64,000 nucleotides of DNA from the human T2T-CHM13v2.0 reference genome, Homo sapiens: the NCBI RefSeq assembly GCF_009914755.1, contig NC_060930.1; one strand, written 5' to 3'. Within the stretch, counting starts at the first letter, position 1; each line of letters opens with the position of its first letter. Both the position numbers and the translations under genes were made by a program. Positions 40,400-55,117 of this stretch are shown one piece after another. The notes beneath the pieces were generated by a model, which was not told the DNA's origin, did no database searches, and was given only the letters and a program-made list of their open reading frames with translations.

Positions 40400-40880
40400 T
40401 TCATCAGGATACCAAGAGGAAAAGTTGACACCCTCAGAGGGTTTAACCAAGAAGTGTTTAATGAAGAAGATGGAGGTAGGGTGGGGCATTAAGGGAAACA
40501 GTGAGGGAAGGTGAAGCATCCAGCAAATAGCAATAGAGAGAAGCCTTTACAATCCTAGCCCTTGAGGGGTAAGGGGCAATAACTGTGTTACCTAAGTCCA
40601 TAGAGAGCTTGGAATCTTGGAAGCGAGGCTGCCTTCCAAGAGCCATGACTGCAGAATGTGCTTCTGCTGGAGCCATGGCAAGGTAGTGAGGAAGTACAGG
40701 AAATAAATATCTCTTCCTGTTTCCCTGTCCAGCATCTGATACCCTGCAGGTGCTTCCATTAGCCAAACCCAACTCAGAAGCCAGAAGGCAAAGGAGCTCA
40801 ACTGATGCAACCTGCAAAGTCATCCTCTGGGTGCAGAGCAAGGCAGGGAAGGATGGAGAATGAAAAGCAACCAGCACCAG
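40400..40880 (-). mobile_element. ERVL solo LTR (LTR41-like)
   Basis: ggtgcttccattagccaaacccaactcagaagccagaaggcaaaggagc...gggtgcagagcaaggcagggaaggatggag. Confidence 0.7.
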
Positions 40881-40998
40881 AATTGGGACTTCCATAAGCT
40901 CTGAAAGTGGAGGTTCTAGGAAATTTCCCCATGTTTGCAAGTGGGGAGATCTCAGTTGATACCTGAGTTATATTTCCCTTGTGATATTTCTACAATAA

Positions 40999-41003
<5 letters not shown>

Positions 41004-41042
<39 letters not shown>
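41004..41042 (+). repeat. Perfect (TG)19 microsatellite
   Basis: Direct read. Confidence 0.97.
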
Positions 41043-41045
<3 letters not shown>

Positions 41046-43479
41046 ATTTGTGCATTGGAAAGACAGTAGTTTGGGTTCCAGCTTAAGTGTTATTTAGGTT
41101 GGGCTTCAGATGTTCCTAGATTTCACCAAAAGTCCAGATGTATCCTAGAGAGACAGGCAGAACACTTGAAGGGATGTACATGGTCTCTCCAGAAGCCTGT
41201 GCCATCCTCAGGCCGCCCCACGACTGAGAACACCTCCTGTGGCTGCCCTAGTCAGCGTGCTGACCCCAGGGAGTGGCTAGGGCTATTCGGCTTCCCGAGG
41301 CCACGGCCAGGCACCGGTCGCCTCTCTGGTGTCTGTCTCACCGTCTCTTGACCAGGCCCACTGTCAAAGCAGCTCATCCCACCCTGATGCCAATGATACT
41401 GATGAGCGTGGGATCCACAGACTTTTTCTAAGTACAGCCAAAGTGTTCTCCAGAATGCTGTGCAGCTCTTATCAGGAAGACAACTTTATAATTCATTCTT
41501 TTTTTAAAGTTATATAATGTAGTTTATCATCTTGACATGCCATGTGAGTAACGCATGATTCTCATCTAACTGGTTGTTTTTGGTGAAATCTTCACTGGAA
41601 ATAGTGTTGTTACATTTCACTAATCTTAACAAGAGAGAGAGAGATTTGGAGTTGCAGGGAATGTTTGTTTTCACAATAAATTCCTCCTACACAGGCTCTC
41701 ATTTATGATCCAGAAAGTCCAACAAGATTTAATTGTTTGGACTTTAAGTAATATGATACAAAACCACAATTTCCACCTCTTGGAGTAGGGTCAATATTAT
41801 ATTGATCACAATAAATGTGAACTGCCATCTCGTGGTTTTCTATCTACTCTGTAAACCTGAAAACTGGAATCAGGGAAATAGTTAACCATTTTTAGGAAGC
41901 AAACTATCATTAAAGCCACAGCAAGTCACTGGCAAGAATTTACTTTACCAGAAAAGGTCAGGTGTGTGTTGACTGTCCTGTCACTGGAGGCAGAGATGAT
42001 TATTTTTTCCTTGAGGACAGTAAAGTGAATGAGGGTGAAGTGCTGATGTGACCTGAGTTGGGCAGGCTCAATCCAGACTCCAGTGGCCGTCTTGGAGTCT
42101 CATGGCTTTGCTGAGGCCTCCTTGTACCTTCTGGTATTACTTTCATTAATTAATTAATGCAAGTGAGTGTTCCATGTGGTTCTGATCTTAGCTTCTGCTC
42201 AATATGGAGGCAATCCATAATGTAGCCAATACCATGTTCCATGACTTCCTGCTGCAATATGATGCTGTACTGCAATCTATGAAATTGTCTTTGAAACACG
42301 TGACATGTCATTTCAGTCTTACCTTTTCTCAGAGAAGGGATGTTGGCCCTTTATGCTGGGGAGTTCTTGCCTTCAAAACAAATTCCTTTGTTTCCCAGTG
42401 TTCCTTATCATCATTGCTTTGGTTCTGTGGTTATTTTAAGGCCACTGTTGTCTGAACGCTTTTCAGTGAACTAACCAAGCCTCACATCTCCCAGGCCCAG
42501 AGACCTCCCAGAAAACAGAGGGCTGAGTGTAGAACAGGCTGGAGAAACCAGAAAACAGGATGAAAGGACCAGATGTCCTGAAAATGCCATTCCGCTAAAA
42601 ACAGCCACATGAAGGATAAATTCCAGCAAACATATATTTCAATGCATTGCTGAACTTCCAAGGTATTAAGGCAATCCCTAAGGACAACAAATTTCAGATA
42701 AAAAACAAATCAGAAGCTAGCATGGAAGCCAGGGCTGTCCTGAGAGCCGATGCAAGGCTGGCCTGTTGGGCTATAGTGCATGTTTCCTGCCTTTGAGTCA
42801 TCTCAATGTCTATCAACAGAAAAGTGTCAGTAAAATATAGAAATCTCATTGGCTTATACACAGTTTCCCCTCCAGAAAGTGACTGCTTTGTGCTGCATGC
42901 ATTAGCAATTTCCACTGGCACAGCTATGGAGGAACACCATAGTGTACATGAAATGCATTCAACCCCAAATTTACACTCTGAGCTCAGTCTGGTTGTTTGT
43001 TCTGTCTAAAAATCCTAACTGCATGAGTCTCCTTAATCTTTGTGCAAAATAAAACCAGAGCATCCACCTCTGGTACCAATGCATTTCACACAGAGCCTGC
43101 ACCTGCTCTCCACTGGCAACCTCTGAGAATGTCCCTGTCCTCTCTCCTTGCACTGTAGACTCAGCCTTTCTTATCCACAAGTCCTTCTTATCTTCTTCCA
43201 TCAAGCTACTTACACCTTTGCTTCAGTTAAAGCCCTGTATTTACTGTAGTATTTATTTGCTGGGCATATAATATGTGGTTCTAATTGCTAATATTTTTGT
43301 AAGACTTAGAATTTTACTAATTCCCAGCGTATGGAGTTGTGTTGATTGAATTGCCTGTCTCTTCCCCCAACTCCCCTCCCCCCGCCCCCATAAGCCATTT
43401 TTTTTCATGTATGAGTAAAACAACAGAATATAAGGTGTTTATTTTTGGGAATATACGTGTATTTCAAGTTTGGGTGAAA

Positions 43480-44470
43480 ACACTGGCCCAGAATTAGAAC
43501 AATGGGGATTAAGGACCATGGGGAGGGGAACGGGAAGGGTAAGCCTTGGGTCTACACAAAATGGAGGAGGAGCTAAACCTGAAACCCCCTCCACCCCCTA
43601 CCCCACAAACAGGTTATTTGCAGAGGTCACAGTCTCAGTAAAAAGGCTGGGGAAAATCTGCCTTCAGCTAAAGCCACCAAAAGAGAAAACTATTCATAGA
43701 AAAAAATGATGTTAACAATAATAATAATTTCCTCCCTAAGAATCTATAATTGTAGGTATGCTCTTTCAAGGACGTGGGATTCTACTTCACAGCACCAACT
43801 CAGTCAGGGATACGGCCACATCTGGAGTGGAAATGACCCCAAGAGAGTGGCACCCGTGGTACACATGTTTATCCTCCCTGGAGAGAAGTATCTTCAATCA
43901 AGGTCCCACAGGTTACCAAAATATGAGCTTATAATGAAAAGATTCCAAAATGCTTTAAGAAACATGTTATCATGAGTGAGACTTATTAATAGTAGCAGAA
44001 ATCACAAAAAGCGGTTCTAGATCCCCACAGAATTTCAGATATTGAAATTATCAGATACAGAACACAGAATGATTATCTACAAACACATACTTACAGAGGT
44101 GTTACATATTTTTACATATCAACTTTTAAAATAGCAATTTTCCAACTAAAAATATGAAACCAAAATACTGGATAATAATAGTATGCCAACTGGAAGTGAT
44201 TTGAGTTAAAGCATTTTAAGATCTGTGAAGTGTTTGGAAGCAGAATCATGTATATTTGATTTTACTAAGAGCTTCCCTAAATTACACACAACATTTTAAA
44301 GGTAAACATTAAAGGAATAAAAATACAGTGTGTAATGTACAAAGAGTAGGTGAAAAAATATCCAGAAGACATCAGGGAGAAAAAAAGAAGCAAAAGCATA
44401 GCAAATAGAGGTTGTACAACATGGCAGAAAGAAATAGAAATTTATCAGTAGTCACAATAAATATATACAG
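43480..44470 (+). mobile_element. HAL1/ancient L1M relic
   Basis: agatccccacagaatttcagatattgaaattatcagatacagaa motif (~44020-44065); boundaries approximate. Confidence 0.5.
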
Positions 44471-44494
44471 TGTTTTTGAAAATCTCCCCAAAGT

Positions 44495-44782
44495 CTCACG
44501 CCTGTAATCCCAGCACTTTGGGAGGCCGAGCCAGGTGGATCATGAGGTCAGGAGTTCGAGACCACCCTGGCTAACATGATGAAACCCCGTCTTTACTAAA
44601 AATACAAAAAATTAGCTGGGCGTGGTGGCGGGCACCTGTAGTCCCAGCTACTCAGGAGGCTGAGGCAGGAGAATGGCGTGAATCCAGGAGGCGGAGCTTG
44701 CAGTGAGCTGAGATTGCACCACTGCACTCCAGCCTGGGCGACAAAGTGAGACTCTGTCTCAAAAAAAAAAAAAAAAAAAAAA
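44495..44782 (+). mobile_element. AluY-like, missing ~14 bp at 5' end
   Basis: gaatggcgtgaa and ggagcttgcag diagnostics; A tail. Confidence 0.95.
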
Positions 44783-46749
44783 TTCCCCCCCCATAGTGTT
44801 TTTAATTGTGAAAGTACTTCCCCTAGGTGTATGTGGCCTTGAACAGGCCCTGAGGATGATGGCAGGGTGGCTTCCTCCCAGGCCCTGGTCTGTCACCAGG
44901 CAGGCACTAGGGGCCAGCCGTCACCTTAGGGAGTCTGGCCAGCCAGTGGTGGCAGAACTCATCTTGCTGGCAGAGCACCATGGCATATGTTTCTCTATGA
45001 TAGTGCCTCTTAGGATGTTTGTTTCTTAGGCCGCATTGAATGTGAAAAAGGAAACATTCTCCTGAGGGAGATAAGGAAGGCTGAAGCATGGAATTTTTGT
45101 TTCCAAGGAGGAAATGACCCAGAGGGGTGTGGAGCAGCTCCCAGAACACCCAAGGGATAAGAATCCTTCAAAACCTGGGAATGAATGTCACACTCAAGCA
45201 GAGCATAGAGAGAAACTGAGGGACGGTAAATCTTTACAAAGTGGAAGAAATGAAATGGTGGCTATCCAGAAAGTCAGGAAAAAGGAGAAAAATTCCAAAA
45301 TAATTTTTGTTAAAATTTAAATATACTAAAGAAAAAGAAGAAAAGAGATGCAATATTCTGAAGAAGCCACAAGTTTCTGAGCCTATAGAAAAATATTTCC
45401 AGAGCTTTTACATAGATTTTCAGAAAGCAATGCTTTCTGGTGCTTTTTCCTTTAACCTGTACTTAAGATAATGCTTCTAATAAAATGGAAGAGGACAGCC
45501 TATGCAAATGTAAAGCAGAAATGAGAAGTACAGTTCATCTCATTTTAATGAATTCACTCTGGTTCCCAGAGATTTAAGCCATAACCATGTATATCCCCAA
45601 AACAACCTGAAATACCTGATAGAGCACAGAGCTATCACCATCTGGTAGAATATATTTGGTCTTGTTCTGTTCTCCAATAAATGTAATTAACTTTTGTATT
45701 TTCAGTGCTTCACACATTTGTAAATTTCTTCTTTTTTGAGCTCAAAGCTCAAATCCAAAGCCATACTTTAAACACCGCAAACTGGCTTTGCCTGTTGCCA
45801 TTTCCACCAAATAAATAGCTGTTGGAGCTCACAGCAACTCAACCCTGTGGTTGGTTTCTTGAGAAAAGGGTTCAGTAACTATCCACCATCTGGTCACCAT
45901 TGGACTAATCAAGAGTCCTTCCATTTTAAGGCAAGAAGTTCAACTCAAGCTGGCTTATGTCCAAAATCTAAATTTATTAATATTTGCTTCTGTAACTGGG
46001 AAGTCCAGCTGTAGAGCTGGACTCGAAGACTCCAAGCACTCAAGCAATGTGTGGTGGGACAAAACTGAGTCATAAAGCAAGGTTTTGCTTTGCTGACCCC
46101 TTCCCCTCACACCATTGATTGAGAGATACCCCTTCCCTAGGGAAGACTAGATTAGTATAGGAGGAATGCAAAGAGAAAAAAATGCTATTTACCTTTTCAA
46201 TTTCTAAACATATTTCAAAATCTTCTAACAGAGATTTCAAAAGGCAGAGCTTTAGATTTGCTGAAGCAGCGATTTTGGAAAGAAGAAAAGCTTTTGAGAA
46301 TTGAAAGAGCTAAACCCTGAAAGAATAAGGGGATAGAGCAAATGCCTTAAACAACATATTGGAAAGCAAATTAGGGTCTTCTAGATTTGGAGTTGGAAGG
46401 GGGATAGAAGGGGCATGATCAGGAAGGATGCTGGTGATCCTATGAAGGGAACAGTGTGCCTGGAGGGGCCTTCCCAAGAAGAGGAGTCAGCAGCGGGAGA
46501 CAGCATTGCAAGATTTTAAACTAGCCGCCAGAAGCACTGATGACTTGAAATAAAGAGAAGGGTATTCAGGAAAAAGTCAAAACAGAAATGTAGAGGGGCA
46601 ATAAGAGCATGTAAGCTGTTCTTACCAAACTAGTAAATGGGAGCTTTGAGTTTGGGGGATGTGCCAATTACAGGGTCAGGAGAAAAAGTCCCATCCAATA
46701 GGTAACCTTGCCTTAGACAGCTGGGATGCCCAAAGGGCCATACCCCTTG

Positions 46750-46880
46750 CAGGACCCGCTGGATAACATAGGGGGCCCAGGGCAAAATAAAAATGTGGGC
46801 TACTTGGTAAGACGATATTAAGATTTTCAAGATGCTGTCATCAAGATTATTAAACCAAGTAAAAGGCTGTTCTGGACACA
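46750..46880. mobile_element. MER91-like hAT-Tip100
   Basis: caggacc...ggggcccagggcaaaataaaaatgtggg...ttaagattttcaagatg...attaaaccaag. Confidence 0.65.
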
Positions 46881-47346
46881 TTGTCTTGACCAATCCCTTA
46901 TGAAAGAGTGGACTAGATGTAAGCCTGAGTCCCATCAACTCTAGCAGAATCTTTCTAAGCATCCATAACCCAGCCTTCATGTGGATTTGCAGCCTAAATT
47001 CATATTATCTGGGTCATCCAAAAATACCTCCAGCCAAGTATTTAGTATAAAGGATACCTGGGTTGAGAGTGCTACAAGGAGCCAGACAGAAGCAAAGGCA
47101 GTTTTCTTTGTTGGAATTAGCTTCAGTGCAAAGTCTAAATCAGTCCCTCCATATAAAGTTTCAAGAAAAAAACCATTTCCTCATGAGAAATCATAAGTTA
47201 CCCAACGAAGAAAGACACTATGAATAAGAACTAACAGAAATAAGTACATAACTTTAAAAAAGACCCACAAAGCATTTTCTACTATTGCCATTATCAGACA
47301 CACAATATTAAAAGGTAGTTTAATGTTTTAAAAAATTAAGGTCCTA

Positions 47347-47668
47347 GGTTGTGTGCGGTGGCTCATGCCTGTAATCCCCGCACTTTAGGAGGCTGAGGCG
47401 GGTGGATCACTTGAGGTCAGGAGCTTGAGACCAGCCTGGCCAACATGGTGAAACTCCATAAAAACACAAAAATTAGCCAGGCATGTTGGTGCATGCCAAT
47501 AATCCCAGTTACTCAGGACGCTGAGGCAGGAGAATCACTTGAATGGTGGAGGCGGAGGTCGCAGTGAGCTGAGATCGTGCCCCTGTACTACAGCCTGGTT
47601 GACAGAGAGAGACTTGGTCTCAAAAAACAAACAAATAAAACAAAAACAAAAACAAAACAAAACAACAA
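47347..47668 (+). mobile_element. AluS (Sx/Sz-like)
   Basis: Dimer with (CAAAA) tail; TSD aaaaattaaggt(c/t)cta. Confidence 0.95.
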
Positions 47669-47699
47669 AAAATTAAGGTTCTAGTGTGACACTGTGCTA

Positions 47700-47838
47700 T
47701 AATTTTACAACACATTTTATAGTTTCATTACCACCATGCGAAACTGGGTAAATGGCACATGGGAGCTCTCTGCATTATTCCTTACAACTGCGTGTGAGTC
47801 TATAATTATCTCGAAATTAAAAGCTTAATTTAAAAAAA
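47700..47838 (+). mobile_element. L1MC1-like 3' end
   Basis: gaaactgggtaaatggcacatgggagctctctgcattattccttacaactgcgtgtgagtct. Confidence 0.75.
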
Positions 47839-49957
47839 TGAAGGAAAAACTGAAAAACCTGAATAATGAATAGGATTATAAAGAAGCTGAACATCTAAGT
47901 TTGAAAAAGAAGCAAATACAACCACAAGAAATGAAAAAAAAAAAAAAAAAAGAAAAAAATTCTGCAGGCTGAAGAATTAGTGAACCACAGTGTTCTGAAG
48001 AAATTTTCCAGAATGCAGTAAAGAGAGAAAAAGAGATGGAAAACCTGATAGAGAGATTAAGACAAAGTAAGTAGACCTAACAGACATCCAGTTAGCGTTC
48101 TTGATGAAGAGGAGACAGTGAAGATGGGGAAGAAAAAATACCTGAAGAGATGATGGCTAGTTTTTCACAGTTGGCGAAGGACACTAATCCACACAAAACA
48201 TGTCATAATGAAAAAGTAGCCAGGGTGAAAGAGGATTACCCTCAAAGGGAAAAAACTAGGCTGCTGACTTTTTGACAGCGTCTTTAAAACCTTCCCACAC
48301 ATAGTGAAAACCTTTCAATGATTTTCTGTCAGTTTCTGGATAGAGGCAAGAACAGCATAGCCTACAATTCTGTGCCTAGCCTTTTTCGGGGCCACTGTCC
48401 CTGCAGCGGTCTGAGCTCCATGGCTTTCTTTCAGTTTCTTGTATACTGCTGTCTTTCCTCATGGCTGGGGACTTCAGACAGGATGTTCTCTTTGCCTGAA
48501 ATATTTTCTACTTTTCCCCTCCTTTAATCTAGTTAGCTACCACTCGTCCTTCAGGACTCTGATAAAATGTCCCTTTCCTGGAAAGCATAGTGAAAATTTG
48601 TTAGTTTCTGTGTTTGTTTGCTTTCCTGCCCAACATCTGACCTCCACGTCCTACTTAAGGGGACTCTTATAAATTATATCCTTTGACTGATAAGGTTTGA
48701 AACTTAATATTCAGAATAGCTATTAAAAGGTATTCAACATATGCAATAGGACCACATACAAGTAAAACGTACTTTTCTTATGTATTTCAGTGAAATGTCT
48801 CGTTACTTAATAAGTAATAAGAAAACATAGTATTTTTCTTATGTGAAGTATTTTATCTTCACATCTTCTAAATTCCAATATAAATTCAGTTGAAGTACTT
48901 CCACAAACACCTTTATAAAGCTGCATGGCCACTTTTAAGAAAATAGATAAAAAAGTCTGTCTTCCTTGACAGGTGCAAAGGGTGAAAGGCACCCCGTCCA
49001 TAAGAGTGAGCTAGGGTCATATTGTTTCTCAGTGGTGAAGTACTGTAGTCAACTCTTTCTCTGAACTTCAAAGCAAGCTGACTTTGTCTTTAACCACATA
49101 TGGGTTTGGCTCAAGGACAAAGAAGATCTTTGTTTATGGGACTCTGGGAGCATTCAGTAATTTTTCAGGTGGAGGGTGACCTGCAGAATTGTTCATTTAA
49201 ATGACATGCCTTATCAGAAGCCAGAAAGAAGACTTCCTCATGAAATGCTCTTCAACCTCTGCACTTTCCTAAGATGTTTATTGAAAAGGCTCTTTGTAGA
49301 AAAATAGTTTGAGAGTGACTTCTAAAAGGTAGTTTTTAAAGTAATAAATATTGATTTTTTTAATCCAAAGAGGTATAAAAACAAGCCAAAACATGGACCA
49401 CGATCCCCCCATCCACTTAACCCACTTATAAATTTAATCTTTACAGAACTGTACAAAACCAATAGGATTAGCTGCAACCTCATTCCCTTCTTATCCCCAA
49501 CATTCCATTATAAAAAAGCAAATATCCTAAAATACTATCTATTTATAAAGTACATATTTTTGTACAAAAGTAATTATGCTATCCAGCACTTTGCTATTTG
49601 TGCTTAATATATACAAAAAGGAATTTAACCCTGGGTAGTTCTAACTGTATGAATCATTGCTTTACAATAAAACAGAATAAAAACTATAGGGCAGTTAGAA
49701 TGATGCTTTTAGCCCAGCCTAAAAAACTCAGAGGGATGTAGCATCATCAGATAACTTTTTGGACTACCTTTGTGACCAAAAAAAAAAGGCTTTGGCTACT
49801 GTCACGGATCAGGCTACAGGTTTTACAGGTAGACTTGAATTCAAGCTGTAGAATTGACAAGTTAGGTTGTCCTTGGGCAAATAACCTCCTAACCCCAAAT
49901 GTCCTTATCTAAACAGTGGAGCAAACAACACTTAGATTACAGGGTTGTTGTAAGCAA

Positions 49958-50282
<325 letters not shown>

Positions 50283-50799
50283 CTATTGTGAGCAATAATG
50301 AAATAATATATATAAAGCACTTAGCACTGTGGTCACATAGGAATCCTGCAGAAATTATAATTTTTTTAAAACTTTTTTTAAAAAGGTTGGTAAATAGGTA
50401 GCCTCCAAGTTTTCGTGCTTGCCTTAATTCCATCTTCTGGGAGAAGCCTGTAGGTCTTCTGTAAAAGGGAGTCCTTTCAGGCCCCGCTTCATGGTTTAGT
50501 GTCCAAGGTAATGTCTTGGTCCACCAGACAGCGCTTTCCTAGCCTGTGCTCTTCAGTCATGACTAAATCTTCTTCATTTGCATTGAAATCTTCTCTTTTA
50601 TTTTTACATTTTCTACAAGAAGCAATTCCTCTTGTTTGGCAGAACATTGGCTGCACTAATTAGGATGACTTCAACGAAGGGCAAATCACAGAGAGCAACT
50701 CCAATAGGGTGTCTACTTGGGCATGGTTGTAGTTCATATTGACCGGAATACATGACCCAAAGCAGGTTTGGAACAGAGAGCACAGAAGCAAAGCGAAAA

Positions 50800-51150
50800 G
50801 ATGGAGAGTTTCGTTTTAGTGAGTTCAATGCATCTGTGAGGAAATGTCCAAAAATGCGTTGGACTGTTGGTCATCAGCCTATGAGAAGGACTTGGGGGAT
50901 TGGGGATACAAATTTAGAAGTCATCAATGCACAGGAGATTGGACCTGGGAAAAGACACCTGGAGAACTATTTTAGGCACAAAAAGATAAAGGAGAGCCTG
51001 CAAAGGAGCCTGGGAAGAGGTGGTCAGAGGTAGGAGGAAGGTGAAAAGTTTAGTTTTCAGGAACCAGTAGAGGAGGGTTTTAGGAATGAAGACTGGTTGA
51101 CCATGTCCAGTGCTGCAAAGAGATCAGGTAAGTAAAGAACTGAAAGATTT
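50800..51150 (-). mobile_element. L2 fragment
   Basis: gatacaaatttagaagtcatca...ccatgtccagtgctgcaaagagatcaggtaag. Confidence 0.65.
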
Positions 51151-51189
51151 CAGATTTCCATCACTCCACAAAGGTTCCTCATATTGGAT

Positions 51190-52010
51190 TGTGATAATGG
51201 TGTGTATGCTCTGACACTGATTCTATGACTTCAACTGGGTGCCCAACACTTCAATTCCTCTCTGATACTAAACACCTGGAGTTAGCACAGACCCCACATG
51301 CGAAGGGCTCAGTCCCCAAATTGCCTTCACATCTGACATCAGCCACCAATCTCAGGTATCCCAAGCTACCTGTACTTCTGCCTAGCTGACTACAAATTTG
51401 GGGGATCTCATGACCTCCCTCAGGTTCAGTAATTCACTAGAATGGCTCACAGAACTCACTGAGAGTGCTACAGTTTTATAATAAAGGAAACAACTTAGGA
51501 ATAACCAAATGGAAGAGATGGATAGAACAAGATATGAGGATAGGGGAATACAGGGCTTCCATGTACCACCCTCCTAGCACATGATGTGTTCACCAGCTGG
51601 AAAGCTCTTCGAGTCTCATGGTCCAAGGGTTTTATATAGGTTCCATTATGCAGATATGACTGATTAAACCACTGGTCACAAGACTGAACTCCATGTCTAG
51701 TCTCTTTCCCCTTCCCACAGGTCAGAGGGTGGAGTTAAAAGTTCTAACCCTCTAATCACATGGCTGGCTTCTCTGGTGACCAACCCCCATCTGGAAGCTA
51801 AGGGCCTTGTCATGAGTCACCTCTTTAGCATAAACTCAGGTACAGTCAAAAAGGGCTTGTTATGAATAACCAAATATCCTCCTATCAGGAAATTCAAATT
51901 CCCAAGCTTTGTGCCAAGAACCTGGGGACAAAGATCAAATGTATTTTTTAAATTAAAGCATAATAAAATAAAATAAGAATTATTATTTATTTTATTTTTT
52001 ATTATATTAT
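51190..52010 (-). mobile_element. MER21-type ERVL LTR
   Basis: cctggagttagcacagaccccaca...taattcactagaatggctcacagaactca...tagcataaactcaggt...gtgccaagaacctggggacaaagatcaaat. Confidence 0.85.
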
Positions 52011-52019
52011 TACCAAATT

Positions 52020-52560
52020 ATTTTCGACCTAGCAATTCCACTTTGGAAATTTTTTCCTGGCATACACATGAAATTATCTATGTGCAAGGTCAGTCACTGG
52101 AGCATTGTTCGTTAGCAAAAGGGTGGGGAAAAACATTTCAATAGGGAACTGGTTAGAATTTATGATATGCTCATAGAAAGGAATGACATGCAGCTTTAGA
52201 AAAATAGAATGAAGAGGCTTTCTACCTACTGATGTGAAAGGATCTAAAAGAGACACGGTAGCAAAGTATAAATACTTTGTATATTATAGTATACTTTGCT
52301 TTGTATAGTTTGTTTCCTTTTGTATAAAAATGGGGAAGATGGTAATTTATGTTTGTATTCACTTGTATCAGCAGAGAAAAACCCTAAGAGGACAGGACAC
52401 CACCTTGGACAAATGGTCCCTTAGTGGACATGTTTATGGGGGACTGGACAGATGCAGAGAATTGTAGGAAAATGTTCTGCTGGATACGTAAATATTTGTG
52501 TTTTCTATTTTCTGATTTTGGGATCACATAAATTTAAAAATTAAAATTAAAATATTTTTA
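52020..52560 (+). mobile_element. L1ME-type fragment
   Basis: gacctagcaattccactttggaaattt...gcattgttcgttagcaaaa. Confidence 0.6.
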
Positions 52561-53044
52561 ATTGAAGAAAAATGGTGAGGCAGAGAATGGCAGGCTTTGA
52601 CCTTTATAAGGGTATTAGACTCATACGTGGATTTCTGAAAATAATTCTCAGATCCCGCCTAGAGATTCTGATTCGGTCTGCTTGGGGCAAAGCCAGCACC
52701 TGTTTTTTCATTAAGCCCCACAGTAATGAAAACACCTGGCAAGCCACTGCATTGCTGAGTTAGATGTCGGTGCAGTCGGCACAGGTAGAGGGAAATGAGG
52801 GGCCCATGATGGGGTGAGAGCTGGCAACATTTGAAGGTTTTCACTAATAAAAGTTCCTGATTGATATGAATAAAAGAGATTGGAGAGGAAGTATGGAGAG
52901 AAAGGGTCACTTTTCACATTGCCTCAGTTATGATTCTTGGAAGAATCTGACAATAACTCCACATCAAAAGAAAAAATATAAGAGCTTTTACCATTCCATG
53001 ATTGACCTCCACTTTGAGCATTAGGCTTTCTGGCTATGTAGTGT

Positions 53045-53058
53045 CCACTAGAGGTCAC
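53045..53058 (+). promoter_or_regulatory. CTCF-like motif CCACTAGAGGTCAC
   Basis: 13/14 match to CCASYAGRKGGCRS, preceded by tgtagtgt. Confidence 0.5.
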
Positions 53059-54448
53059 TGTGCTCATGTTTCTGTGGAGACAGAAAACATTGGCACCTGC
53101 TGCTGCTTAGCTAGTCAGTCATTTATCTTAACAACGGCTTGTTGAGCTTTGGTTTCAAAATGAGTCTTCCTCATAAAAAACTAAATCCAAAAAGCAGTAC
53201 ACTCAGAAGTCTCTCAACATCGGAAAGGAGAACTCAGAAAGCAGAGAGAGAAATACTTCCAGAAATATCAGTGAGTTGATAATAAATTAGAAGAGTCTAC
53301 TTAGTCCTGAAAGATTTTTTTTCCCAAGGCAGTAATAAGTTAGGAAGGTATCTGAGACTTATTCTCAATTTTGAATCCTTTTTCTTGACTTTTGAACACG
53401 ATGGGGTCAATTCTCACTGATTAACCAGATATAGGTCTACAGGTTGTATATATTTTGGGATACACATAGTGGCTAAGGTGGCTTCACTTAGGCAAATAGG
53501 AAATTTGACTCAAGTATTTAAGGTAATACTTATTATTTAACTTTTCGGAACTTGTTTCTATGAAGACCAAATTACTGAAAGCATTAAAAAACAAAGCAAA
53601 ATAAGAACAGGGCATAAGGTCACAGAATACCCACAATAAGACTATTTGCCTATAATGGTTTTAACTCGAGGTAACCTCTTTATGGATCTTGTCAGATGGA
53701 ACTATAACTCATTTCAGGGTTCTCAGAATGGGAGTTATCTTAAGTCTGCAAATGACAGTATTTAAAAGTCTTTCAATGTGTAGCTCCTGAGTTTTTCTTA
53801 GACAACAGCGAGACTGTCTTGTGGCCTAATGGTAATTAGCTGATTGACAAATACCAGGCCTAAGTTCAAAAGTTGTATTAAGCTTTGTGTCATAATTCCG
53901 TTGGTGATAATAAAATCAAGTGGACTTCCAAATACTGTGTTCATTGATTTTTTTTTAAATCAATCAATTTTTTTAAATTTTTTTGAAAGGTAATACTGTG
54001 CTTTAAACATGTATTTATTATATATAGATAGATTATATTATATATTATACATAGGGAGATGCAGATGCATCTGTCTATCTATCTGTCAACTATCTATCTC
54101 AATAGCTTTTGGAGTATAAGTGGTGTTTGGTTATATGGATGAATTGTACAGTGGTGAAACCTGAGGTGTTAGTAGACCTGTCACCTGAGTAGTGTACATT
54201 ATACTCAATATATAGTGTTTTTAATCCCTTACTCCCTTCTCACCCTTCCACCTTCTGTACTTCTGAGTCTACAAAGTATTATATCAGTCTGTACGCCTTT
54301 GTGCACTCATAACTTAGCTCCCACTTATAATAGAGAACATAAAGTTTTTGGTTTTCCATTCCTGAGTTACTTCACTTAGAATAATGGCCTCCAGCTCCAT
54401 CCACGTTGCTGCAAAAAACAAATCTAGTTCTTTTTTATGGCTGAGTAG

Positions 54449-54977
<529 letters not shown>

Positions 54978-55117
54978 TGATGATTAGTGATGTTGACCAT
55001 TTTTTCATATGTTTATTGGCCATTTGTATATCTTCTTTTGAGAAATGTCTACTCACATCCTTTGTCCACTTTTTGATGGGACTCTTTTTTTTTTTCTTGC
55101 TGATTTGTTTGAGTTTC

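Larger units (their letters stand above)
47200..48270 (+). mobile_element. HAL1/L1M ORF1-region relic with nested Alu and L1MC
   Basis: agacccacaaag...attatcagacaca; tgaagaaattttccagaatgcag...tgaagagatgatggct...aaggacactaatccaca. Confidence 0.65.

Noticed and set aside
40458-40940. 160-aa ORF
   Set aside because: Lies within the LTR41-like element; no protein family recognised.
41317-41333. CTCF-like GACACCAGAGAGGCGAC on - strand
   Set aside because: Spacing between CCAG and GGCG is one base off the CTCF core, so it was not called.
48300-48597. Direct repeat catagtgaaaa about 290 bp apart, resembling a TSD
   Set aside because: It encloses only a decayed L2-like piece, too old for a perfect TSD; likely chance.
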